Assembly: GCA_043812195.1 (NCBI GenBank)
Contig: JBDRML010000021.1
Span: 1 to 37,989, forward strand
Source: Candidatus Woesearchaeota archaeon
GTDB lineage: Archaea > Nanobdellota > Nanobdellia > SCGC-AAA011-G17 > PNOQ01
Direction of reading: 5' to 3'
DNA length: 37,989 nucleotides
The notes below the pieces were generated by a model. That model worked only from the letters and a program-made list of their open reading frames with translations, was not told the origin of the DNA and ran no database searches. The position numbers and the translations under genes are program-made. Shown piece by piece: positions 10,483 through 20,256 of the stretch; position 1 is the first letter of the stretch, and the number at the start of each line of letters is the position of its first letter.

Positions 10483-10545
10483 TTTTGTTTTGTTTTTATA
10501 TTCTATAGAAACCTATTTATACTTTGAACTTATTATATAATTAAA

Positions 10546-10878
10546 ATGAATAATTGGTTAATATTTATATTATCAATAACAAGTCTTCTAGTTATATACT
10601 GGGTTTTATTTGGGGAGAGAAAGTTTAGAAGATCTGGTATGAAAGCAAGATTTAGCAGAGAACAAATGAAATTAGTTGGTGATATACTTTTATTGCCTGA
10701 TAATAAATTTCATGATTTATGTGTAAAAAAATTAAAACTTCAACATATCAAGATTAATCATCCACCTTATCCTAAGAAAGAAAAACAAAAACTTACATTA
10801 GCTATATTGGGTTCATATCCTACAGATGTTATTTCAAAAGCATTAAACGAATTGAATAAACCATATAAGAGAAAATGA
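10546..10878 (+). CDS. Hypothetical protein with N-terminal TM helix
   Basis: 110-aa ORF with a hydrophobic N-terminus and a promoter-like AGAAACCTATTTATA upstream; no family recognised. Confidence 0.6.
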   Translation: MNNWLIFILSITSLLVIYWVLFGERKFRRSGMKARFSREQMKLVGDILLLPDNKFHDLCVKKLKLQHIKINHPPYPKKEKQKLTLAILGSYPTDVISKALNELNKPYKRK

Positions 10879-10911
10879 GATTATTTATTGGAATACAATT
10901 ATCTAAGGAAA

Positions 10912-12224
10912 TTAAGAGGTAATGTGGGGTTTTATCAATTTGTACTTATATGGTATGCAACTATGAACATCTCTTTCGTATCCCCCACCATTTCTTTTTA
11001 TTATACCTTTTTTTCTAAGATTTTTTAATAATTGTCTGGAGTATTCTCTTGTAGATTTGTATTTTTTTGCAAAATTATCTAACTGGATAGGTATTTTATT
11101 ACTGTTTAATTTTGTAACTATTTTCCAAGAGATCTCAAATGATTTACCATAATCAACTTCTTTATAATTATTTAAAATTTCGTCTATCTTTTTATTTTTT
11201 CTTAGGATAGAAAACCCAATTAGTTCTTTAAATTTTTTAACATTATCTCTACCTTGTATTTGAATTGTCCATGGCATGATGATCCTTTTTTTACCTCCTT
11301 TATGTCTTAAGTAGCATGGTTTAGCATACGGACCATTAACTTTTATATTTAATTTTTTTAACATACTTGTGCAACCTTTCACCAAGTTTGATGCGTAATC
11401 TGTTAATTTCTCTTTTTTAATTTTCTCAATAAATTTTGCTCTAAACATGCTGACATCTATGGATGAACCGTATGCGATGGTTCCTTGGTTGTATTTTTTT
11501 GTAGTATATGCGCTACCGTCATCACTAAATGCCTGATTTAGAAAAGCACCGATAACTTCCTTTTTATTTGTATCTAGAAATATGTCTGGAATTTTCGGAT
11601 TATTTATTACTTTGTCTCCTATTTGCATATTTAAAGCATTTATTAGAATATCTTTAATGGTTTTAGGGAATATTAAACAATTATTTTTTTGTGGGTATAT
11701 GGGGTTTGTATGTATTTTCCCTATTAGTTTATTTATGGCTTTTACTACTCTTTTTCTCATACAAATTTCAGAATTGTTATACAATGGATTTCCCATTTTA
11801 TCTATTCCTCCATCACATAATAATGCAGAAACTAAAATAGCACCTTCTTTAGTCTCAAAGTTTATTGGGAATCTTGGATTGTGGATAGGTTTTCCACCTT
11901 TTGATTTAAATGAAATTGTATTTTTTTCTATAGATTTTATGGTATATTCTTTATGTTCTTTATTTTTTAGGAATTTTATTATAGAATAAAGATATTCAAG
12001 TGGAATGTAGCTTCTAGTAAATGATATTTTTGATTTGTAAATATATTTTTCACCCATTCCTTTCCAATATTTAAATGTGCTTATTTTTATTTTTAGCAAT
12101 TCACTTGCCTTTTTGTTTGTTAGATATTTACTTAAATTTTTAAATAACTTTTTTTGAATTTTGAATTTAGTAAAACATATGTTTTTTTATGTTCTAGATC
12201 CTTTAAGTTTAATATTTTTTTGAT
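10912..12224 (-). pseudogene. Free-standing HTH-LAGLIDADG homing endonuclease-like gene, 5' end apparently disrupted
   Basis: Two LAGLIDADG helices (LVSALLCDGG, FLNQAFSDDGS), FKELIGFS motif and a C-terminal wHTH. The frame stays open upstream of the TTG at 12099. A plausible N-terminus lies in the adjacent frame, joined across an A7 run (12149-12155) and starting at ATC 12224 after AAAGG. Confidence 0.65.
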
Positions 12225-12360
12225 TTTTAACCTTTAAATTATTTTTTGTATCTATATGGTAAAATTAGTTTATAAACTTGTCGTCGGTATTTGTCCATCT
12301 TGTCAAGCTCTGTTGCTATTGTTTAGTAAGGTTTATAAGTTATAAGTTATATTTTTTATT

Positions 12361-12909
12361 ATGCGTTGTTTTGTCGGCATTCTTTTGCCTAAGGAAATTA
12401 AAGATGAATTATACAGTGTTCAAAATCAATTTCCTAGTAAATTAGCTAAAATTAAATGGATTTCAAAAAGTCAATTACATCTTACACTTAAGTTTTTGGG
12501 AAAAATTAAGCAGGAAGACATTAATAAGCTTAAAGATAAATTATCAACTATTAAATTTAAACCTTTCAAGGTTAAATTGTCTGAGCTTGGTGTGTTTCCA
12601 AATTTGAGTAATCCTAAAATTATTTGGGTTAGCTTGTTACCTGGGAAAAAGGTAATTGAATTACAACAGAAAGTTGATGGTGAATTATTGAATATTTTTA
12701 AGTTTGATCAGAGCTTTAAATCCCATTTGACTTTAGGAAGAATTAAAATGATTAAAAAGAAAAAGGAATTTATGTCTAAGTTTTCTAGTATTTCTGTTGA
12801 TAATAAGAGCTTTGAGATTAGTAGTTTTAGTTTAATTAAATCTACTTTAAATAAAGATGGACCTGTTTATGAAGTTCTTGAGGACTTTGAAATGAAAGAC
12901 AATCTTTAA
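12361..12909 (+). CDS. thpR: RNA 2',3'-cyclic phosphodiesterase (2H family, 2'-5' RNA ligase-like)
   Basis: N-terminus MRCFVGI and two HxT motifs (HLTLKFLG, HLTLGR); ends GPVYE. Confidence 0.92.
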   Translation: MRCFVGILLPKEIKDELYSVQNQFPSKLAKIKWISKSQLHLTLKFLGKIKQEDINKLKDKLSTIKFKPFKVKLSELGVFPNLSNPKIIWVSLLPGKKVIELQQKVDGELLNIFKFDQSFKSHLTLGRIKMIKKKKEFMSKFSSISVDNKSFEISSFSLIKSTLNKDGPVYEVLEDFEMKDNL

Positions 12910-12934
12910 ATATAATTGTTATAGCTTTAATTGT

Positions 12935-14107
12935 ATGTTATGGGAGAATAGATCTTGGGTGCCGTTTGTTATTTTAGTGGCGGTAGTTATAGTTGCTATT
13001 GGAGTGATATTTATTGGTGATATTTTTCAGAGTGGTCCTGAGTATCCTACAGATCCTTCTGGTGGTTGTGTTATAATGAATGATAGGGGAGATTATGATA
13101 ATAGTATTGATATTGTTTTTATGGGAGATAATTATGATGATGTTGAAGAATTTGTAAAAGATACAGAAGATTTTTCTAATTCTTTACTAAATGTTTATCC
13201 TTATAGTTTATATAAAGACAGATTTAATTTTTTTAGAATTGAAAGTTTTCAGCCATTGGGATGTAGTTATGATGATGGTGTAATCTTATGCACTCCTGCT
13301 ACTGTTAAATTAGCTGGAAGAATTTGTCCGCATGATTACTACGTGGTATTGTCTGATGTTAATGGAGTTAAGAATTTATTTAGTTTTTTAAGATCTAGTT
13401 CTTGGATGGGGGTCAATGCGTTGAATAGTGCTGATAATAAATTAGTATTCGCACATGAGTTTGCACATTCATTTGGAGATTTTGCTGATGAATATGAATG
13501 GGAGGGTGGAAAAATAACTTGGGATTCTCCTAATTGTGATTCTGTATGGAAAACTTGCCCTAAATTTTCTGTTGTTTCTGGTTCTGAATGTTGGAGAGGA
13601 TGTGTTAATCAACAATATTCAAGATCTGTTAAGAATGGAATTATGAGAGATTATTGGAATTCTGATAATTATGGTGTTTATAATGAATATTTTTTGAAAA
13701 ATCTAATGGAAACTAAGACTGCTGCTGGTTCTTCAAATGATGCACTGAAAAGTCCTCCTGTAGAAATATTGATTGTGAATGGCATGTGTGATTGGTCTGG
13801 ATGTGTTATAAATCAAGTTATAGAAAATGTAGGGTATGCTGATAATTATGTTGATGATAGTTTTTTAGATATAAAAACTGGTGATAAAGTTGCATCTATT
13901 TCTAATAATATTTTATTTAGTGATTATGGTCCTGCTGGTGGTGCTGTTGTGCCTGAAGATTATACTTTTTCGGTTATTGTTGAGAAAGATCCTGAAAGTG
14001 ATAGGGTAGATTTAATTAATAATGTAGGAACAAGAATTAGTAGTTTTAGTTATTCTGGTAGTGAAAGTAGGGCTTATGGGCCTTCTCAGAGTGTTAGTCT
14101 TGTTTAA
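12935..14107 (+). CDS. Membrane-anchored zinc metallopeptidase, M64 (IgA peptidase)-like
   Basis: N-terminal TM, DIVFMGDNY, PYSLYKDRFNF and the HEFAHSFGDFADEY zincin motif; Cys-rich. Confidence 0.75.
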   Translation: MLWENRSWVPFVILVAVVIVAIGVIFIGDIFQSGPEYPTDPSGGCVIMNDRGDYDNSIDIVFMGDNYDDVEEFVKDTEDFSNSLLNVYPYSLYKDRFNFFRIESFQPLGCSYDDGVILCTPATVKLAGRICPHDYYVVLSDVNGVKNLFSFLRSSSWMGVNALNSADNKLVFAHEFAHSFGDFADEYEWEGGKITWDSPNCDSVWKTCPKFSVVSGSECWRGCVNQQYSRSVKNGIMRDYWNSDNYGVYNEYFLKNLMETKTAAGSSNDALKSPPVEILIVNGMCDWSGCVINQVIENVGYADNYVDDSFLDIKTGDKVASISNNILFSDYGPAGGAVVPEDYTFSVIVEKDPESDRVDLINNVGTRISSFSYSGSESRAYGPSQSVSLV

Positions 14108-15584
14108 GTTTATTTTTCATATTTAATAAAGTTTGTTTCATTTTCTTTTCTTTATTATATGCACTCCATTTATATCCTTGTTCTCTTGTTTTATTTGTTA
14201 CTAAAAATACTATTCTTCCTGTTCTTGTTCTTCCAACTCTCCCCTTTCTTTGTATGGTCCTAATTTCACTCGCTACAATATCATAAAAGATAGCTAGTTC
14301 TGCTCCTGACTGTATATCGATTCCTTCTTCTCCCACTTGAGTACAAACTAAGACATTATTTTCTCCTCTTTCAAATTTTCTTATAGTTTCTATTTGGTCT
14401 TTTTGTTTTAGACCTAACTTTTGACCTATTAATTTTGATGCTCTTATGTTTTTTAGTTTTGATAGTTCTTTTAAGATTTCTTCTATAGTATTTCTGTAAT
14501 TTGCAAATACAATTATTTTTGCTTCAGGATTTCTTTCTATCTCTTTTCTTATTACTCCTTTGAGCATGTATATTTTTGGATGTTTTGTGTTTTTTTGAAT
14601 TAATTCGTTTGTTAATGAAATTGCTGCTGTTATTTCTGGCATTTTTTTTATTGTGTTTGCGGCTTTTGTAGTTTCTTTATCTAATTTTTTCCAATATTCA
14701 TTTAATGAAGATATTCCTTGTGTTTCTAAAAGTTCTGCTGCATAATCTAATTTTATTAGAACTGCTGTTATGTATAAACCATAAAATGCTGACGGGTCTC
14801 TTTTTCTTGCTAAGATTGCAAATTTTTTTTGTAGAGAAATTAAATCCCCTTTGCTTATTAGATTTATTGGTTTTGTGAAACCTAGTTTTCTGAGATCGTG
14901 TAATTTGTATTCATATGCGATTTTAATGAATTTTAAAAGTTTTTTTAGTTCTTCTGGAAGTTCTACTTCTAACCAGGTTATCTTTTTTTCTTGTATGAAT
15001 TCTTTTATGTCTTCTTCAGTTCTGATTTCTACTGCTTCTATTGATAAGTTATTTTTTATTTCATCTATTTTTTCTTTTGTTCCACCTGGCGATGCTGTTA
15101 AGGCCATGATTCTTGGGAACTTAGATTGTTTCATATATTTTTGAGCTACTATTGTATTTGCAAAGTTCATTCTTGATCTGTGACATTCATCGACTACTAA
15201 TAATGATGTAACTGAAGTTGAGATTCTTTCATTCTCTAAATCTTTTTGAATAGTTTGGGGGGTTGCTACAGCTATAATTGCTGATTCCCATAATTCTTGT
15301 CTTTTTTTTGGCGTTGTTTCTCCTGTTAAAAGAACTATTTGATCTTCTGGTATGTTTGTTTTTTCTTTGAATTCTTTTAAGATTTGAGCTGATAATGGTT
15401 TTGTCGGAGTTAGGATTAGAATATTTGAATGGGGATGTTGTTTTAATCTTTCTATTGCTGTTAGAATTGCTATTGAAGTTTTTCCTGTTCCTGTTGGTAA
15501 GACTGTTAGAGTGTTGTTATTCTTAGATGTTTCTGTTATTTCATCCTGATACTTCCTTGCTGTGAAGTTTTTTATTTCATACAT
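14094..15584 (-). CDS. Hef/FANCM-like SF2 helicase (no ERCC4 nuclease domain)
   Basis: PTGTGKT, VDECHR, TASPG, HPK, VGEEGIDI and QRKGRVGR motifs; ends at 496 aa. Confidence 0.9.
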   Translation of the reverse strand: MYEIKNFTARKYQDEITETSKNNNTLTVLPTGTGKTSIAILTAIERLKQHPHSNILILTPTKPLSAQILKEFKEKTNIPEDQIVLLTGETTPKKRQELWESAIIAVATPQTIQKDLENERISTSVTSLLVVDECHRSRMNFANTIVAQKYMKQSKFPRIMALTASPGGTKEKIDEIKNNLSIEAVEIRTEEDIKEFIQEKKITWLEVELPEELKKLLKFIKIAYEYKLHDLRKLGFTKPINLISKGDLISLQKKFAILARKRDPSAFYGLYITAVLIKLDYAAELLETQGISSLNEYWKKLDKETTKAANTIKKMPEITAAISLTNELIQKNTKHPKIYMLKGVIRKEIERNPEAKIIVFANYRNTIEEILKELSKLKNIRASKLIGQKLGLKQKDQIETIRKFERGENNVLVCTQVGEEGIDIQSGAELAIFYDIVASEIRTIQRKGRVGRTRTGRIVFLVTNKTREQGYKWSAYNKEKKMKQTLLNMKNKLKQD

Positions 15585-15638
15585 AGTTTTATAGAAATAG
15601 TTTGGTGTTTATAAATGATTTCGTGGTGGTTGTCGAGC

Positions 15639-16235
15639 TTACGTTTTGAGATGGTCTGGTAGTTTATATTTATCGAATTCTTCTAAAAGTCCTTTTCCAT
15701 ATATTAATCTTGAAAATGCTTCTGCCTCCATTTTTGCACCTGTTAATGCATTATGTGGGTCTGGTTCGTCTGGAAGTCCCACATAATTGAGTATACTATT
15801 TGTGTTGATATTTGTCTTGTTATTTTTTATGGGAATTGGTTTGCCTTTTCTTAAATGATGTATATAACATGCTGTATGTAAATCTATAGTTCTATGTCCT
15901 AATGGCCATTTATGATTGTATCTCTTTAAAGACGAAATTAAGAAATCTCTATCGAATGAAGGGTTTTCTCCTGCAAGAGTTCTATTTCCTATTCCAATAG
16001 ACCAGTTTAAGAAAGATGTTACTATATCTTCTAATGGTTTTTTTATTGGACTTGTGATTTCTTCTTTACTAAATCCGTTTATATCTAAAGCTTGTTGAGT
16101 TATTTCTGCATCATCCCAGATTCTACATTCATCATAGAATTGTTTTTGAGGTATAAAAAGGTCTATGGCTCCGATACTTACGATTGAATGTTTATCTGGA
16201 TCAAGTCCTGTTGTTTCTACATCTACAATTATCAT
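15639..16235 (-). CDS. DEDDh 3'-5' exonuclease (DnaQ-like)
   Basis: ExoI VDVETTG, ExoII NPSFDRDFL, ExoIII HNALTGA (the usual Asp is replaced by Gly). Confidence 0.85.
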   Translation of the reverse strand: MIIVDVETTGLDPDKHSIVSIGAIDLFIPQKQFYDECRIWDDAEITQQALDINGFSKEEITSPIKKPLEDIVTSFLNWSIGIGNRTLAGENPSFDRDFLISSLKRYNHKWPLGHRTIDLHTACYIHHLRKGKPIPIKNNKTNINTNSILNYVGLPDEPDPHNALTGAKMEAEAFSRLIYGKGLLEEFDKYKLPDHLKT

Positions 16236-16274
16236 TAAATTTTGTGAACCATTTTAGATTTATAATGGTTTATG

Positions 16275-17012
16275 TTATCTGTGCTTATGTAAGAAGATTA
16301 TGAATAATGTTATTGCTAAAATTAAAGATAGAATTAAAGTTACTATCGGGTTTGCTACGTTAATTAATATCATTGCTGCTAACATTAAAACTATACTGAA
16401 TACATATAATGGAACTGATCCGAAGAATACTTTTGCTCCATCTAATTTTGATAGCGGAATCATTGAAAAGATTGCTACACTATAACTTATCATAACTAGT
16501 TTTGAGAATGTTTCTATTGGACTTAATAATGTTGCTAATAGGATTAAAGTGATTGGTCCTGCTAAATGGATAACTGCTGTTTGATATTCTGTTAGATGTT
16601 TGTATTCTTTTCCTAATCTTCTATGTGTTATTTCTTTTAATTCTGAACAGCCCACTGCTGCGAATTTAATAAAACCGTTTGATATTAATGCTAGTAATAT
16701 TGGAAGGAATAATCCTATTTTTATTGGCTTTTTGAATTTTGATTTTGCTCTGAACCAATATCTTTGGAGACCCCATATTGAATATTTTGTGTATGCTCCG
16801 TTTCTTAAAGCTACTAATTTATGTGCTAATTGATAAATTAAGAGAACTATCATTGATATTATTGCGGTTCTTATTAAGTTTATTATTCCTATTTGAAAAC
16901 TAAAATTTTGGCCATAACCCCATTCTCTAAATGAGAAAATAAATCCTAAAATTAATGCTGATAATAATAGACTTAGTATTTCTTTTCCAGCTAGAAATTT
17001 AGATTCCCTCAT
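16275..17012 (-). CDS. M50/site-2 protease-like membrane protein with degenerate metal site
   Basis: S2P-like topology with LAGP and MIPLSKLDG motifs; the HExxH position reads YQLAH. Confidence 0.7.
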   Translation of the reverse strand: MRESKFLAGKEILSLLLSALILGFIFSFREWGYGQNFSFQIGIINLIRTAIISMIVLLIYQLAHKLVALRNGAYTKYSIWGLQRYWFRAKSKFKKPIKIGLFLPILLALISNGFIKFAAVGCSELKEITHRRLGKEYKHLTEYQTAVIHLAGPITLILLATLLSPIETFSKLVMISYSVAIFSMIPLSKLDGAKVFFGSVPLYVFSIVLMLAAMILINVANPIVTLILSLILAITLFIIFLHKHR

Positions 17013-17127
17013 CTTTTAAGTATATTTTTAAAGCTTATTTATAAAGTCTTTTCTTTTATTATAGCTTAGAAAACTATATAAACTTTAAAAGACTTCTGAT
17101 TATCACCTGTTAAAAGGAGGTTTAAAG

Positions 17128-17412
17128 ATGCTAAGGACAAAGAAATTAACTGATATTAACGGAAAGGATGTTTATACAGATTCTGGTGATTATTTTGGAG
17201 AGGTTGAAGAGTCTATTTTATCACAGAGTAAAGTATTTGGCTGGAAAATTAGAGCCACTAAAGGTTCTTATTTGAACAAGATGTTTGGTGGTGCTAAGGG
17301 TGTAATTGTGCCACATCAATTAGTAAGATCTATTGGAGACATAATAATAATTAGTAAAGCTGGAATTCAGACTCCTGAAGAACCTGTTACACAAGATATT
17401 CAGGTAGAATAG
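17128..17412 (+). CDS. PRC-barrel protein (CdpB-like candidate)
   Basis: GKDVYTDSGDYFGEVEE and VIVPHQLVRSIGDIIII match the PRC-barrel pattern; strong SD AGGAGG. Confidence 0.85.
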   Translation: MLRTKKLTDINGKDVYTDSGDYFGEVEESILSQSKVFGWKIRATKGSYLNKMFGGAKGVIVPHQLVRSIGDIIIISKAGIQTPEEPVTQDIQVE

Positions 17413-17446
17413 AAACGTAACATTTAAATAGTATATTCCCAAATTT

Positions 17447-18001
17447 TTGAATATGGCATCTACTTTAGCAAATACGATAGAGTTTTTAAAAGACTTTGGA
17501 ATGTTTGATGTTGTATTACCATTTCTTTTTGTTTTTACAATAGTTTTTGCAGTCTTGGAAAAGACTTATATTTTGGGTAAAGAGAAAGATGGCACTCCAA
17601 GAAAGAATTTGAATTCTATGGTTGCATTTGTAATGGCATTTTTAGTTATTGCTGTTAATAAAGCTGTTAATTTTTTATCAAATCTTTTGCCAAACATTGT
17701 TTTGCTGATGGTTGTTGGTATAAGTTTCTTAATGTTGATTGGTGTATTTTTGAAGCAAGGTGAATTGGAATTAGGCGGAAAAAAACAAAAGGCAATGATG
17801 TGGATTATGTTAATTGCTTTAATATTTGTTGTTTTAGGTGCGTATCCAGTTGGAGATTCATCTGCATTGATGTATATTTTTGATAAAGTTGATTTGAGTG
17901 ATAGTTTAGTTACTGGTATAATTGCTGTTTTAGTTATTGTTGCGATTATGTATTATATTGTTAAAGGTTCATCTGGAGCTCAGAGCGAGGGAGAACCCTA
18001 A
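17447..18001 (+). CDS. Conserved multi-TM hypothetical protein (paralog 1 of 3)
   Basis: DVVLPFLFVFTIVFAVLEKT motif shared with the next two genes. Confidence 0.8.
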   Translation: MNMASTLANTIEFLKDFGMFDVVLPFLFVFTIVFAVLEKTYILGKEKDGTPRKNLNSMVAFVMAFLVIAVNKAVNFLSNLLPNIVLLMVVGISFLMLIGVFLKQGELELGGKKQKAMMWIMLIALIFVVLGAYPVGDSSALMYIFDKVDLSDSLVTGIIAVLVIVAIMYYIVKGSSGAQSEGEP

Positions 18002-18552
18002 TGGTGTATTCAGACTTTCGCTATTTTGTTGAGGAATTAAAAAGTATGGGTGTTTATGATGTTCTTTTGCCTTTCTTATTGATTTTTACAATTATTTTCG
18101 CTATTTTAGAAAAAACATTGATATTTGGGAATTCTGGAACTAAGGAAAATCCTTCTCCCAAAACAAATATTAATGTTATCTTTGCTTTGCTTGTGAGTGC
18201 AGTTACTATTGTCAATAAAGAGGTTATAGAAGTTATAAATCAATATTTGCCTGGTGTTACTTTAATAATTGTTATTGGTATTATGTTTATGTTAGTTGCG
18301 GCAATGTTCTCTAAGGATGGTTTTAAAGGGCTTCCGTTTTGGGGAGGGGGTATTATTGCATTAGTTGCAGTTATATGGTCTTTGTCTGATCCTACTTATG
18401 GTGCTGGAAGTACTAAATTTGGTTATTTATATTATGCTATTGAGCCTTATTTTGGCCTGTTAGTTGCAGGTGTATTAGTTGTGATAGTAATCTTTGCTAT
18501 TGTTGGTGGTGGCAAGAGTAAGAAGAAAGGTTTTAGATTGGTTGGAGATTAA
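18001..18552 (+). CDS. Conserved multi-TM hypothetical protein (paralog 2 of 3)
   Basis: DVLLPFLLIFTIIFAILEKT motif; TAATG overlap with the previous gene. Confidence 0.8.
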   Translation: MVYSDFRYFVEELKSMGVYDVLLPFLLIFTIIFAILEKTLIFGNSGTKENPSPKTNINVIFALLVSAVTIVNKEVIEVINQYLPGVTLIIVIGIMFMLVAAMFSKDGFKGLPFWGGGIIALVAVIWSLSDPTYGAGSTKFGYLYYAIEPYFGLLVAGVLVVIVIFAIVGGGKSKKKGFRLVGD

Positions 18553-18554
18553 TC

Positions 18555-19070
18555 ATGGCAACTTTTTTAGATTTAGGGGCAATGAATGTTTTGGAGTATT
18601 TCTTTCCTGCTTTTATTTTTATTTTAGTTTTTGTTTTGTTATATGCTACTTTAGATAAGACAGGATTAATTGGGAAAAATAAATCTTTGAATGTTACTGT
18701 AAGTTTGATAGTTGCTTTGACTGTTTTATTTAGTGGAAGTGCTGTTGAATTGATTAATTTTGTTACGCCTTGGTTTGCGGTTATAATTGTAATTTCTTTG
18801 TTAGCTATACTTGTTTTGTCTGCACATCTTAAAGAAGGTGCTGAGTTGAAGTTTAGTTTGGTTCATATATTGGCAATGATTTTTGCTGGTATAGTTTTAA
18901 TTGTTGGGATTACACAAGTTTTTGGTCCTGTGTTTACACCATTTGTTGAAGGGGCAGATCCTGATTGGTGGGCATTAAGAACTATATTTCATCCGAGAGT
19001 TTTAGGTGCAGTGTTTATTTTATTAGTTGCTGGATTTGCAATTAAATATCTTGCAGCTGTTAAAAAATAA
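18555..19070 (+). CDS. Conserved multi-TM hypothetical protein (paralog 3 of 3)
   Basis: PAFIFILVFVLLYATLDKT motif; 2-nt spacer from the previous gene. Confidence 0.8.
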   Translation: MATFLDLGAMNVLEYFFPAFIFILVFVLLYATLDKTGLIGKNKSLNVTVSLIVALTVLFSGSAVELINFVTPWFAVIIVISLLAILVLSAHLKEGAELKFSLVHILAMIFAGIVLIVGITQVFGPVFTPFVEGADPDWWALRTIFHPRVLGAVFILLVAGFAIKYLAAVKK

Positions 19071-19077
19071 ATAGAAA

Positions 19078-19767
19078 TTATCTTTTCTTTTTCTTAATTT
19101 CTTCAACTACTTTTTCTAGTTCTTTTATGTTTCTTGTTAATGGGCCTAGTATTTTTTGAAGTACTTGCTCCAGAGCTTTCATTTCTGTTCCTACTTCTCT
19201 TACACCATGGTCGTAATCTGTTAATTTGCTTGCTATTGATTTTTGTAGACTATCAAATCTTTCTTCTATTCTTAATATTTCTTGTTTTGTTGCATTTGTA
19301 TCTACTTGCATTCTTTCTTTCCAGGATCTAATATCTCCTACACTTTTAATCATATCTTCCCATTTTTCTTTAACTACAGATTCTACAATTTCTTCTACCA
19401 TTTCGAAACTAGCTCTTGTTGGAGGTTCTGGTGAGAATGAATCTATTGAACTCATTGGAGTTTGTTGCATTTGTTGAGTTGACATCGGCATTTGCTGTGG
19501 TATATTTGAAAATTGATCTCCAGGCATAGTTCCTGTTGGAGAAGGAGCATTTAGTAATTCATCAGGAATATTCTGTTGTGCCATAGGGTTTGTTCCTTGT
19601 GGTCGCATTAACATCTCGTTTCTACCAACTTCATTTTTGATTTTAGCTAAATCATTAGGCATCTCTTGTGTCGACATTATTCTTGATTGGGGAAATCCCA
19701 TTTCATTTCTTAAATCGTTTTCTGGCCTTAGATTTGGATACTCTCTTTTTTTTAGTTCTGGTAGCAT
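19078..19767 (-). CDS. Hypothetical protein: P/Q/M-rich disordered N-terminus plus coiled coil
   Basis: Low-complexity first half followed by a heptad-rich helix (VEEIVESVVKEKWED...). Confidence 0.75.
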   Translation of the reverse strand: MLPELKKREYPNLRPENDLRNEMGFPQSRIMSTQEMPNDLAKIKNEVGRNEMLMRPQGTNPMAQQNIPDELLNAPSPTGTMPGDQFSNIPQQMPMSTQQMQQTPMSSIDSFSPEPPTRASFEMVEEIVESVVKEKWEDMIKSVGDIRSWKERMQVDTNATKQEILRIEERFDSLQKSIASKLTDYDHGVREVGTEMKALEQVLQKILGPLTRNIKELEKVVEEIKKKKR

Positions 19768-20125
19768 TTTTACCTCTGTGTTTTTTTATTAGTTCTAATA
19801 CTTCTTCTTCAGTTACAAAATTTATTGGATTCCAGATATTAATATACTTTTCTAAAACTTTGAGTTGTTCTTTTCTTGCGAAAAACTGCATTTCTCTTAC
19901 AATACTATTCATTGTAGTCTTAATTGTCTCTAATCCTTCTTTTATATCTCTTATATCTTCATTTATCCCTTTCATATCTCCTTGAAGTGCTTTGTAATGA
20001 TCAACCATGTTTTGATTTATTACAAACATTCTTTCTCTAGTTAAGTTATATCTTCCTTCTAAAATTCTGATTCTTGTATTTATATTTCCTAATGTTGAGA
20101 ATGGATCTTGAGCAGCTACTTGCAT
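19703..20125 (-). CDS. Coiled-coil hypothetical protein
   Basis: Heptad pattern ending LEKYINIWNPINFV with a basic tail; SD GAGGT; divergent from the pilus ATPase. Confidence 0.75.
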   Translation of the reverse strand: MQVAAQDPFSTLGNINTRIRILEGRYNLTRERMFVINQNMVDHYKALQGDMKGINEDIRDIKEGLETIKTTMNSIVREMQFFARKEQLKVLEKYINIWNPINFVTEEEVLELIKKHRGKNATRTKKKRVSKSKARKRFKK

Positions 20126-20256
20126 TTAAATACCTCTTTATTAAACATTATTATATCTTAGAGAATATATAAAAGTATCGGCTTATAGGATATAAATTAT
20201 TTATAGAAAATTATATAACTAAAACAATATAAATCTTATTTATTAAAAGAGGTAAT

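Noticed and set aside
12148-12158. Canonical A_AAA_AAG programmed -1 frameshift in the LAGLIDADG gene
   Set aside because: The upstream frame reads TTC AAA AAA AGT, so the heptamer is not in the canonical phase; an indel is more likely.
16275-17012. Possible prepilin peptidase for the pilin cluster
   Set aside because: The motifs are M50-like (AGP, LDG), not the GxGD A24 aspartic type; PibD/FlaK is presumably encoded elsewhere.
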